64,000 bases of DNA from positions 2,085,854 to 2,149,853 of the forward strand of contig OZ220746.1 of NCBI GenBank assembly GCA_965117025.1. Direction: 5' to 3'. The stretch comes from Rhodothermales bacterium. Lineage in GTDB: Bacteria; Bacteroidota; Rhodothermia; Rhodothermales; VXPQ01. The notes below the pieces were generated by a model that saw only the letters and a program-made list of their open reading frames with translations, did not search any database and was not told the DNA's origin. This document shows positions 1 to 8,871 of the stretch, one piece after another (the first letter of the stretch is position 1; every line of letters starts with the position of its first letter). The position numbers were made by a program, and so were the translations under genes.

Positions 1-2
1 TG

Positions 3-1289
3 TGGGGCACGGCGCCCCCCGGAACGTCCGTAACCATTTCGTTCGACGGCATGGTCCGGGAAGCGGAAGCAGGGCCGGATGGAACCTGGCGAGGCGCATT
101 GGAGCCTCAGGACGCCGGGGGTCCTCACACGCTGACGATATCCGCCGGAGATCGGACCCTGGACATACAGGATGTCTGGTTCGGCGACGTATGGATTGCC
201 TCGGGGCAGTCCAACATGGAATGGACCGTCGCCAATTCCGCGGATGCGGAAAACGAGATACGCTCCGCCAACGACCCGTACATTCGGCATTTCAAGGTGC
301 CTCGTTCGTGGGCTTATGCACCGGAGTCGACGCTGGCGGGAGGGGAATGGCACCCGACGGATTCAAACCACGCGGGGCAATTCAGCGCGGTGGGCTACTA
401 CTTCGCGCGTGCGCTCCGCACTTCGGTAGATATTCCTGTGGGTATCCTCAACACCTCCTGGGGAGGCAGTCGCATCGAGGCATGGCTGGAGCCGGACGCC
501 CTGACGATGGCACCCGAAGAAATTGCCCGGCGGCTCAACGAGTATAAAGAGAGTGGCGAGGAAAGGACCAACCACCAGCCCACGTTGCTGTACAACAAGA
601 TGATTCACCCGCTGCTGTTCTTCCCGGTTACGGGATTCCTTTGGTATCAGGGCGAATCCAATGCGGGCAATGCGGAAGATGCCGAACGGTACGCCATGCA
701 GTTCCAGTCCCTTATATCCAGTTGGCGCAGCGCCTGGGGAAATGATACAGCGCCTTTCCTGTTCGTTTCTCTTGCGGGTTTCCGCGCCGCTCCTCTTGAG
801 CCGGGAGACAGTAACTGGGCGCTTATGCGCGAGTCGCAGTCGGCAGCCCTGACGCTACCCAATGTCGGGCAGGCCATCACGATCGATATCGGAGAGGCCG
901 ATGACATCCATCCGCGCAACAAGCAGGATGTCGGCCTTCGTCTTGCCCTGGCCGCCCGGCATCTCGCGTACGGAGAGGAGCTGGTATATTCCGGGCCGAT
1001 TTATCGCGATCATGTCGTGGAGGGTGGCCGTGTGATCCTGTCGTTCGATCACACGGGGTCCGGCCTTGTCGCCCGCGGATCGTCGCAACCTGGGGGATTC
1101 GCCATAGCGGGGGCGGACAGACACTTTGTATGGGCCGATGCCCGTATCGACGGCGAGACGGTGGTGGTATCGAGTGATTCCGTCAAAAACCCTGTGGCCG
1201 TACGGTATGCGTGGGCCGACAATCCCGACCGCGCCAATCTCTACAACAAGGAGGGGCTGCCGGCAGCGCCTTTTCGCACGGATCGTTAG
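3..1289 (+). CDS. SASA/DUF303-type carbohydrate O-acetylesterase (sialate O-acetylesterase-like), 5' end truncated by window edge
   Basis: Frame is open from nt 3 through the listed ATG at 51. Motifs WIASGQSNMEW and WYQGESNAG are hallmark blocks of SGNH-like SASA esterases. TAG stop at 1287-1289. Confidence 0.8.
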   Translation, partial: WGTAPPGTSVTISFDGMVREAEAGPDGTWRGALEPQDAGGPHTLTISAGDRTLDIQDVWFGDVWIASGQSNMEWTVANSADAENEIRSANDPYIRHFKVPRSWAYAPESTLAGGEWHPTDSNHAGQFSAVGYYFARALRTSVDIPVGILNTSWGGSRIEAWLEPDALTMAPEEIARRLNEYKESGEERTNHQPTLLYNKMIHPLLFFPVTGFLWYQGESNAGNAEDAERYAMQFQSLISSWRSAWGNDTAPFLFVSLAGFRAAPLEPGDSNWALMRESQSAALTLPNVGQAITIDIGEADDIHPRNKQDVGLRLALAARHLAYGEELVYSGPIYRDHVVEGGRVILSFDHTGSGLVARGSSQPGGFAIAGADRHFVWADARIDGETVVVSSDSVKNPVAVRYAWADNPDRANLYNKEGLPAAPFRTDR

Positions 1290-1371
1290 TTGCCTTTCAT
1301 CCATTTGATTCTTTTTGACTTTTTTGCATATCACGTTTGTTTCACTTATTGTTTTTAGAATCAAGCCGAAA

Positions 1372-1390
1372 AGGATTACAGGTTAATCCT
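1372..1390. promoter_or_regulatory. 7-bp inverted repeat AGGATTA-N5-TAATCCT in the AT-rich intergenic region upstream of the TBDR-like gene
   Basis: Read directly (aggatta caggt taatcct), 56 nt upstream of ATG 1446. No U-tract follows, so an operator or RNA hairpin is more likely than a terminator. Confidence 0.25.
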
Positions 1391-1445
1391 CTGAAGCTGG
1401 AAGCGGACAACGCGTTCATTCAGGCGAAAAAATGATGTTGCTCAA

Positions 1446-4343
1446 ATGAACGTTAACCGGTGGTCGTGGCTCGAGATGCACCGGACGGTTGTTGATACTT
1501 TTCTTGCTGCCATGACCCATTGCTTGCGATTTTTGCCCGGGCGTCTGGGCATAGTAACCCCGCTTCTGGTTACATGCATCATCGCGCTGCAACCCGCCGT
1601 GGCGTCCACGCACCCGGCTGCCAGTAATGTGGCCAACGGGTCTTTTTACTTCCCGCTTGCGACCACCCTTCCGCCGGGACCCACCGGGAAGATCGCCGGT
1701 CGCGTCACGGACGCCGACACGGGTGAACCGCTCCCGGGGGTCAACGTGGTCATCGCCGGCACCATCCAGGGCACGAGCAGCGATGCAGAGGGCTACTACT
1801 TTATTCTCAACGTAGCGCCCGGCACGTATGCCGTGCAGGCCTCTTTCATCGGCTTTGCGACGGTCACGGTGGAGAATGTTAAGGTCGTTCAGGACAATAC
1901 GACCACCGTCGACTTTGTGCTGCGCGAAGAAGTCATTCAGGGTGAAGAGGTGATTGTGGTTGCGGAGCGCCCCATCGTGGAGATGGACCGTACGACGACC
2001 ACCGCTTTCGTCGACGGCGAGCAGCTTGCGGCATTGCCAATCACCAACATCGGCGACGCCATCAACCTGCAAGCCGGGGTGGTGGACGGCCATTTTCGGG
2101 GCGGGCGCATCGGCGAAGTGGCCTATCTCGTGAATGGGGTGCCCATCAACAATGCATTCAGCCAGACAGCCTCGTTCGACGTAGAACAAAACATGGTGTC
2201 GAGCCTCGAGGTCATCAGCGGTGTTTTCAACGCTGAGTACGGCCAGGCGCTATCCGGGGTAGTTAACATCGTTACGAAAGACCTGCCCGACCGCTGGTCC
2301 GGCTCCTTCCTGAGTTACACCGGCGCCATCGTCAGCAACCGCGAGCTTGAGTTCCTTCACCGTACGACGGAACCCGGCTCTTTTCTTGCCCCCTCCGATT
2401 TTGTGTCGGAGCGCTACAGCTACACCGAAGCCGCCGAATTTCCCAACATCGTCGATGCCCAGGCATCGCTTGGCGGACCCATACTCAGAAACAGGCTGGG
2501 CCTGCAGGCATCTGTGCGTTACCTGCGGGACCATTCCCATTTCATCGGTCGCGACCTTTTTTCACCTTCCGACTCGTCGTCCAACCTGAACACCGGGCTT
2601 CCCCCCGGGACCTGGCTCGTCGAATCGACAGGGGACGGCGACTTTACCCCGCGCAATAATACGGAACGCCTGTCCGTCAACGGCACCCTCGGCTTCCAGG
2701 TCACGCCGAAATTCAAGGTGGATTACAACTTCTTTTTCCAGGGAGGCACATTCAACCCGTTCAGTCACTTCCGCAAGTATGTCCCTGACGGAATCAACCA
2801 GGTCGAGTTTCTGAACCAGACGCACATCGCGGGGTTGCGCTGGACCGTCGATAACCGGTCGTTTGCGAACCTTTCGTACAGCTACCTGCACGATAAAACC
2901 GATGTACGCCTGTATGAAGACCCGACCGACTCCCGCTACCAATCGAGTCAACTGAGTTCCCTGCAAGGGCAGTTCGCCTTTGCGGTGGGCGGCAACGACC
3001 TGAACACGAACGATCAACTCACGTCCACCCATAGTATCGTCGGCGATTATACCCGGCAGGTGGACCGGGTGCATCTGGTGAAGACGGGCTTTCTCATCCG
3101 GCTGCACACCCTGGACAATCGCGATTTCGGTATTGAAAAGTCGTTCCGGACACGCAACCTGCCCCAGCCGTCGCCCGATATGTGGAGCGACAACAGCCTG
3201 AGGACTTCGCCCGGGGAATTCTCGGCGTATATCCAGGACAAGATGGAATTCACGGGCCTGATTGCGAATGTGGGGCTCCGCTTCGACTATTTTGACCCGG
3301 ATTACCTGATTCCAGTGGATTGGCAGCAGGCGAATCTGACGGATGTCCCTGATCCCTCCGATCCGTCCACGTCGATTTCGAACCGGCGAGAAACTCCTTC
3401 CGAATACCAGTTCAGCCCGCGTCTGGGCATCGCATTTCCTATCTCATCGACGGGTGTGATGCGATTCTCGGCGGGACTGTTCTTCCAGGTGCCGGCGTTC
3501 AGTATTCTGTATTCCAATCCCGAGTACGAGATCAACCCGACCTCAAGCTCGAACAGTTTCGGCAACCCGAACCTCAAACCCGAGCGCACGCTTTCTTTCG
3601 AAGTGGGGCTCCAGCAGGGATTGACGGACGACATCGGTCTGGAACTGACGATCTTCTCCAAGGACGTACGCAACCTGACCGGACAGGAAATCCTGCGCAA
3701 TCCCAACGGCGATTTCGCCATTCGCTGGATCAACCGCGACTTCGGCACGATTCGCGGCATGACCTTCTCGCTCTTCAAACGCCCCGGTGGGCGGCTGAAC
3801 TGGACGCTGGACTATACATTGCAATTCGCCGAGGGAACGTCATCGAGTCCCGGGGAGGCGTTCGGACGCCAACAATCGGGTCTGGAAGCCATTCTTTCTC
3901 TGGTTCGCCTCGACTGGGATCGCCGCCATGTGCTCAACAACACGATCACTGTCAATCCGGTCAACGGTCTGAACCTGACGTTCATCAACCGCCTGCAGAG
4001 CGGTACTCCGTACACCACGATCCGTGATGACATCGTGTCGAACCTGAAGAACAACGCGGCGCGGCCCCTTACCTACGGCACGGATGTGCGAGCGTACTAT
4101 AAGCCTCCTTTTCTGGGTCCGGACATTCAGCTCTTTCTACAGGTGCAGAACCTGTTCGACGTAGAGCAGGAAGTCAATGTGTATTCCGACACGGGCCGTG
4201 CCGACGAGTCGGTGGAACTGGAGCGGCTCCGGCGTACGGGCGGCGAAGTAGGCGGCCTGAACACCATAGACGAGTGGTTCTACCGGCAGGAATTTTTCGG
4301 CGCGCCGCGCAGGATCAGCCTTGGACTCAACTACCGATTTTAG
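1446..4343 (+). CDS. TonB-dependent-receptor-like outer-membrane barrel with carboxypeptidase-regulatory-like N-domain
   Basis: N-domain GKIAGRVTDADTGEPLPGVNVVIAGT...GYYFILNVAPGTYAVQASFIGF. Plug-like block NIGDAINLQAGVV...GVFNAEYGQALSGVVNIVTK. Long beta-rich body ending ...LGLNYRF (terminal aromatic). ATG at 1446; ATGs at 1476 and 1512 are alternative starts. Confidence 0.85.
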   Translation: MNVNRWSWLEMHRTVVDTFLAAMTHCLRFLPGRLGIVTPLLVTCIIALQPAVASTHPAASNVANGSFYFPLATTLPPGPTGKIAGRVTDADTGEPLPGVNVVIAGTIQGTSSDAEGYYFILNVAPGTYAVQASFIGFATVTVENVKVVQDNTTTVDFVLREEVIQGEEVIVVAERPIVEMDRTTTTAFVDGEQLAALPITNIGDAINLQAGVVDGHFRGGRIGEVAYLVNGVPINNAFSQTASFDVEQNMVSSLEVISGVFNAEYGQALSGVVNIVTKDLPDRWSGSFLSYTGAIVSNRELEFLHRTTEPGSFLAPSDFVSERYSYTEAAEFPNIVDAQASLGGPILRNRLGLQASVRYLRDHSHFIGRDLFSPSDSSSNLNTGLPPGTWLVESTGDGDFTPRNNTERLSVNGTLGFQVTPKFKVDYNFFFQGGTFNPFSHFRKYVPDGINQVEFLNQTHIAGLRWTVDNRSFANLSYSYLHDKTDVRLYEDPTDSRYQSSQLSSLQGQFAFAVGGNDLNTNDQLTSTHSIVGDYTRQVDRVHLVKTGFLIRLHTLDNRDFGIEKSFRTRNLPQPSPDMWSDNSLRTSPGEFSAYIQDKMEFTGLIANVGLRFDYFDPDYLIPVDWQQANLTDVPDPSDPSTSISNRRETPSEYQFSPRLGIAFPISSTGVMRFSAGLFFQVPAFSILYSNPEYEINPTSSSNSFGNPNLKPERTLSFEVGLQQGLTDDIGLELTIFSKDVRNLTGQEILRNPNGDFAIRWINRDFGTIRGMTFSLFKRPGGRLNWTLDYTLQFAEGTSSSPGEAFGRQQSGLEAILSLVRLDWDRRHVLNNTITVNPVNGLNLTFINRLQSGTPYTTIRDDIVSNLKNNAARPLTYGTDVRAYYKPPFLGPDIQLFLQVQNLFDVEQEVNVYSDTGRADESVELERLRRTGGEVGGLNTIDEWFYRQEFFGAPRRISLGLNYRF

Positions 4344-4379
4344 CGACGGGCTCAGCGCCCGTTGCCGTCATACGCCATC

Positions 4380-7300
4380 ATGTATGCTCCCCGTTTCTTT
4401 TCGCCGATGAGCCTGTCGCGGCTGCTTGCCGTCGCCATCGCGGTCTTTGGTGTCACCGGCGCAAGGGCGGCAATGGCGCAGAACGCCGAAGCCATTCCCG
4501 ACAACCTGCGCGGCGCGGAAGAATTCATTGCCCGCGGAATCCTGGACGGGAACCTGATCGAAACGAACTTTCGCAACCACGGTGAACTCTCCAGGTGGAA
4601 CGACTTGCCGTGGGGGGTCTGGCCGAGGGGAATCGGCGGCCGACACATCGACGGCATCGGCGCCATCGTGGCCGGACAGGTGCCCGGTGAGCGGCTCAAG
4701 TGGCAGAGTCTCGGCTTCTACCTGGACGCACAGAGCGATACCACGCTGAACCCGTTCATCCTCACCTATCGGGACTTTGGCAAACGGACCGGGCCTTCCG
4801 GCGAACTCTGGGGCTGGCTGCCCCTGCCGGGATTCAACAATCCCAATCGCCTCGACCCCATCGCGTTGACCCGGACCCCTACGCCTGCAATCAGCTCCGA
4901 CCCCACTTCGTGGCCCGTATTCTGGCCCGACCGCCTCGATAGCCCTGATGATCCCGGCTGGCGAAACGACGAGATCGACGAGAACCCCTCCGTGGCGGCG
5001 TGGAACGGCTTTTTCGGCAAGGGCGTGTTCAACGCAGACCTGGAGAGCTATTACGTGATAGACGATCACTCCGACATGGAGTATGCTATAGACCCTGTCA
5101 CGAATAATCCTAACAGCGAGTTCGGCGTGTATTATCCAAGTCCGTCCGACTCTACGATGGGCGGTCTCGGCATGCTCAACCAGGTGCGCATTTTCCAGTG
5201 GGCGAACGTCCTCGCAGAAGACATCATGTTCATTCTGTATCGTTTCTTCAACCGGGGAGAGACGGACCACGATCGCCTGTATTTCGCGCAGATCATGGAC
5301 TTTGGTCTCGGCAACGAGGAAGGGGATGAAATCGGCGCGTACGATCCGGTTCAGGATGTGGCGTACGGTTGGGACCAGGACGGCATCGGGACGCGAGCTT
5401 CGGGGGGGACATACGACCTGGGATATACGGGGTTTGCCTTTCTGGAAAGTCCGGCGCGCGCCTTCGACGGGCTGGACAACGACGAGGACGGCATGACCGA
5501 TGAATCGCGCTTCGGTGGCCCCGGCACGCTTATCGAAGGATCGGCGGAGATCCTTGCAGCGGCAATGGGTGTGCTCAATGTGGCCGATTTCGTTCGGACC
5601 AACGGGCCCATCGAAATGCGCCCGGCGTACGCGGCGGGCCGCTGGTGGACGGGCGATGAAAACATGGACTGGGTCGGATATACGGATACGAACGAAAACG
5701 GGCAGTGGGATGCCGGTGAGCGGTTAAACAACGATATCGGCCGCGACGGGCTCGGACCGTTCGACCTCGGATACCCCGGTCCCGACACCGGAGAAGCCGA
5801 CGGCGTCCCGACCCTCGGAGAACCCAACTTCGACGAATTGGACGTGGACGAATCGGATCAGGTGGGCTTGACCGGCTTCGATTTGAATACGCGCCCCTTC
5901 TACGAATCCGGCGACAACCTGCGCGATGACGACTGGATGTGGGATCGGCTCTTCAACGTGGCGCAGTTCCCCCTCGGGACCACGCCGGACGTGATCGAAG
6001 CGGATATCGAGCCGTTTCTCTTGTTTTCCTCCGGTCCGGTCAATCTCCCGCCGAACAGCACCGACTTTTTCTCCACGGCGTGGATATTCGGTTCCGACGA
6101 ACGCGATTTCTTTAAGAACCGCCGTACGGTGCAGAGTATTTTCAATGCCGACTACACGTTCGCGCAGCCCCCGTTCACCCCGACGCTCAGCGCGGTTCCC
6201 GGAGACGGCCGCGTCGTCCTTAGTTGGGACACGGTCGCCGTAGCCAGTTTCGACCGGTTCTCTCAGGAGTTCGACTTCGAGGGCTTCAAGCTGTACAGAG
6301 GGACGGACATTCTGCTGAGCGACGCCAGGAACATCACCGATGTCGGCGGTGAGGGCACCTTCTTTGAACCCATCGCCCAGTTCGACCTGAAGAACGGGAT
6401 TTACGGTCCAAGAACCGTGCTTGAAGGCACTGCGGTGTACTACATGGGCGACGATACCGGCCTGCAATATTTCTATGTGGATGAAAACGTGACCAACGGA
6501 CTCACGTACTACTATGCGCTGGTGGCGTACGACCGGGGGGTAGGCAGTATCGACCCCCAGGAAAACACCTTCCGGATCAGCGCCACCCAGGCCGGGAATA
6601 TCACGGGGTTCACGAAGAACGCGGCCGTGGTGACGCCGCGTAGCGAGCCGGCGGGCTACGTCGAAGGCGGAACGAATGAAAGTCTGGAAAAGGTAAACGG
6701 CGGCATTGGCACCGGCTCCATTTCGGTAAGCCTTTTCCAGGAGGAACTCGTCGATTTCGACACGTTCTACCGCGTCGAATTCTTCGACACCCCCGATCCG
6801 ATCAACGCAGACCTGTACACCACGAGCGGATACCAGGTAATGCGTCTCTCGGACGGTGAGGTCGTTTTTGGCCCCGCCAGTTTTGTCGATATCACACCGC
6901 CTATCGAGGGGTTCACGATTTCGTTCGCCAACGACACGCTCGTTGTTCTGGACGAAGATCGCACGGGCTACGTTTCAAATGCAGGAACAGCGAACGAACT
7001 GTTCAGCCCGGATCCCACGACGCTGGACGGCTTCTCGACCGACTGGGTGGCAAACATCCGCAAAGACTCGACGGCCTTCTATGCACCCGCGGCATGGGAC
7101 TACGAACTGCGATGGGTAGACCCGGCGGATTCGCTTTACCTTCCTCCACCGAGGGTCTTCGGCTACCTGCGTGAGGAGATCCCGATCTTTGCCGTCAATG
7201 CAACCAGGCGGACGCCCGCGGACATGCTGATCGATGATCGCAACGCAAGCGGCGTCTTCGATTTCGGGGACGATCTCATCATCTTTGAACGCTACGACAG

Positions 7301-7787
7301 CAGGAGTCCGCGGCTTTTCCGCTACCGGGTCAGCTTCTCCGGCGGGGGTGACTCCACAGCGCCAAGCCCCGGTGACGTATTGCGTATCTCCGTCAGCCGC
7401 CCGTTCGCCACCGGCGACTTTTTCCAGTTCTCACTCAAACCATCCACTATAGATACGGATATGGCGCGGAGCGTGCTGGACAAGATCGCTGTGGTGCCGA
7501 ATCCGTACGTGGGCGCCTCGTCTTTCGAGCCGCGCTCCCAGATCGAAGGCCGCGGCGAACGCAGGGTGCAGTTCATCAATTTGCCCCGGAAATGCACCAT
7601 CAAGATATTCAACATCCGGGGCGAACTCATCAAAACACTGGAACACGACGGATTTCTCTCGGACGGGGCAACGTTCTGGGATCTCCGCACGGAGGACCAG
7701 CAGGACATAGCCTTCGGCGTATACATATTCCATGTGGACGCTCCCGATATAGGAGAGTATGTCGGCAAGTTTGCGCTGATTAAATAG
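4380..7787 (+). CDS. Large secreted protein of unknown function with acidic Ca-binding-like clusters, FN3-like segment and T9SS-type C-terminal domain
   Basis: The track start at 4362 is TTG. ATGs at 4380 and 4407 precede the signal peptide MSLSRLLAVAIAVFGVTGARAAMAQ. Acidic clusters DGLDNDEDGMTDE and TDTNENGQWDAGERLNNDIGRDG. The last ~95 aa (VVPNPYVG...CTIKIFNIRGELIKTL...GVYIFHVDA...GKFALIK) resemble a T9SS sorting domain. Confidence 0.7.
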   Translation: MYAPRFFSPMSLSRLLAVAIAVFGVTGARAAMAQNAEAIPDNLRGAEEFIARGILDGNLIETNFRNHGELSRWNDLPWGVWPRGIGGRHIDGIGAIVAGQVPGERLKWQSLGFYLDAQSDTTLNPFILTYRDFGKRTGPSGELWGWLPLPGFNNPNRLDPIALTRTPTPAISSDPTSWPVFWPDRLDSPDDPGWRNDEIDENPSVAAWNGFFGKGVFNADLESYYVIDDHSDMEYAIDPVTNNPNSEFGVYYPSPSDSTMGGLGMLNQVRIFQWANVLAEDIMFILYRFFNRGETDHDRLYFAQIMDFGLGNEEGDEIGAYDPVQDVAYGWDQDGIGTRASGGTYDLGYTGFAFLESPARAFDGLDNDEDGMTDESRFGGPGTLIEGSAEILAAAMGVLNVADFVRTNGPIEMRPAYAAGRWWTGDENMDWVGYTDTNENGQWDAGERLNNDIGRDGLGPFDLGYPGPDTGEADGVPTLGEPNFDELDVDESDQVGLTGFDLNTRPFYESGDNLRDDDWMWDRLFNVAQFPLGTTPDVIEADIEPFLLFSSGPVNLPPNSTDFFSTAWIFGSDERDFFKNRRTVQSIFNADYTFAQPPFTPTLSAVPGDGRVVLSWDTVAVASFDRFSQEFDFEGFKLYRGTDILLSDARNITDVGGEGTFFEPIAQFDLKNGIYGPRTVLEGTAVYYMGDDTGLQYFYVDENVTNGLTYYYALVAYDRGVGSIDPQENTFRISATQAGNITGFTKNAAVVTPRSEPAGYVEGGTNESLEKVNGGIGTGSISVSLFQEELVDFDTFYRVEFFDTPDPINADLYTTSGYQVMRLSDGEVVFGPASFVDITPPIEGFTISFANDTLVVLDEDRTGYVSNAGTANELFSPDPTTLDGFSTDWVANIRKDSTAFYAPAAWDYELRWVDPADSLYLPPPRVFGYLREEIPIFAVNATRRTPADMLIDDRNASGVFDFGDDLIIFERYDSRSPRLFRYRVSFSGGGDSTAPSPGDVLRISVSRPFATGDFFQFSLKPSTIDTDMARSVLDKIAVVPNPYVGASSFEPRSQIEGRGERRVQFINLPRKCTIKIFNIRGELIKTLEHDGFLSDGATFWDLRTEDQQDIAFGVYIFHVDAPDIGEYVGKFALIK

Positions 7788-7814
7788 GGGATTCCATCGG
7801 CCCGCACCATACTT

Positions 7815-8846
7815 ATGCAACGAATCTTGCCCTTCCTTCTGGTGTTGTTGCTGAACGTGCCGAACGTTTCTGCGCAAAGCCGCGCCGGAACTACGGCCGT
7901 GCCCTTTCTGACACTCGGCACGGGCGCGCGCGGGCAGGCGCTGGGCCACGCCTACACCACACTCGCCACTGGTGGCGACGCATTGTTCTGGAACCCGGCG
8001 GGCGCCGCCCGCCCGTATGCGGATATGCATCGCGGCAACGTTTTCCTGACGCACTACGAATGGCTTGCCGACATCAGGTACAATGCGGCGGGCGTCGTGG
8101 TGCCTGTCCTGAGCACCGGCGCCGTCGGTTTCAGCATCGCCACCGTCAGCTACGGGGACATGAAGGTGCGTACGGTGGCCTTTCCTGAAGGTACCGGGGA
8201 AACGTTTTCGTCGAACGATATGAGCCTGGGCCTGACGTATGCACAGCCGCTCACGCAGGCGTTCTATTTCGGCGGAACGGTCAAGTACGTCCGCCAGCAG
8301 ATACGCGACATGAGCGCTTCCGCCATCGCGTTCGACTTCGGCTTCATTCTGGAAACGCGTTACCTGAACGGCATGAATATCGCCGCATCCATCCGGAATT
8401 TCGGTAACAAGATGCAGATGCGGGGGATTAACGGACAAGTCTTCGTGGACATCGATCCGACCACAGCGGGCAACAATCCCGACATCCCGGCCCGTGTCGA
8501 TATGGATCGATGGGATTTGCCGCTCGCGTTCAAGTTCGGCGTCATGGTTCCCATTCCTCTGGCGTTCAATACGGAACTCCAGTTGCTGGCCGACGCCAAC
8601 CAGGGCAACGACAACAACCTCAATAGCGATCTGGGCGCACAACTGCATTACGGTTCCCGCACATTCAATCTCGACCTGCGCGCGGGCTACAAGGATGCAT
8701 TCATAGACAATGTGGACAGCCATTTGACCTTCGGCGTAGGACTCGATGTGCGTGTGAGCGCTGTTCGCTTCGGTTTCGACTTCGCCTATATCCCGTTCGA
8801 TCTGCTCGGTGCGACCCAGATGATTGACCTGCGGATATATTATTAA
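7815..8846 (+). CDS. PorV/PorQ-family-like outer-membrane beta-barrel
   Basis: Signal peptide MQRILPFLLVLLLNVPNVSAQ. N-terminal block TTAVPFLTLGTGARGQALGHAYTTLATGGDALFWNPAGAA matches my memory of the PorV/PorQ signature. Alternating beta-strand pattern through to the C-terminus. Starts 27 nt after the upstream gene. Confidence 0.7.
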   Translation: MQRILPFLLVLLLNVPNVSAQSRAGTTAVPFLTLGTGARGQALGHAYTTLATGGDALFWNPAGAARPYADMHRGNVFLTHYEWLADIRYNAAGVVVPVLSTGAVGFSIATVSYGDMKVRTVAFPEGTGETFSSNDMSLGLTYAQPLTQAFYFGGTVKYVRQQIRDMSASAIAFDFGFILETRYLNGMNIAASIRNFGNKMQMRGINGQVFVDIDPTTAGNNPDIPARVDMDRWDLPLAFKFGVMVPIPLAFNTELQLLADANQGNDNNLNSDLGAQLHYGSRTFNLDLRAGYKDAFIDNVDSHLTFGVGLDVRVSAVRFGFDFAYIPFDLLGATQMIDLRIYY

Positions 8847-8871
8847 GACATCTCGTGTGAAGATCATCGCA

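Noticed and set aside
2-547. 181-aa ORF with a GTG start at the window edge
   Set aside because: It is out of frame with the SASA esterase ORF, which shows the GQSNM and WYQGESN motifs.
7431-8867. 478-aa minus-strand ORF
   Set aside because: It is antisense to the PorV-like gene and the 3' end of the large T9SS-tailed gene, and has no motif.
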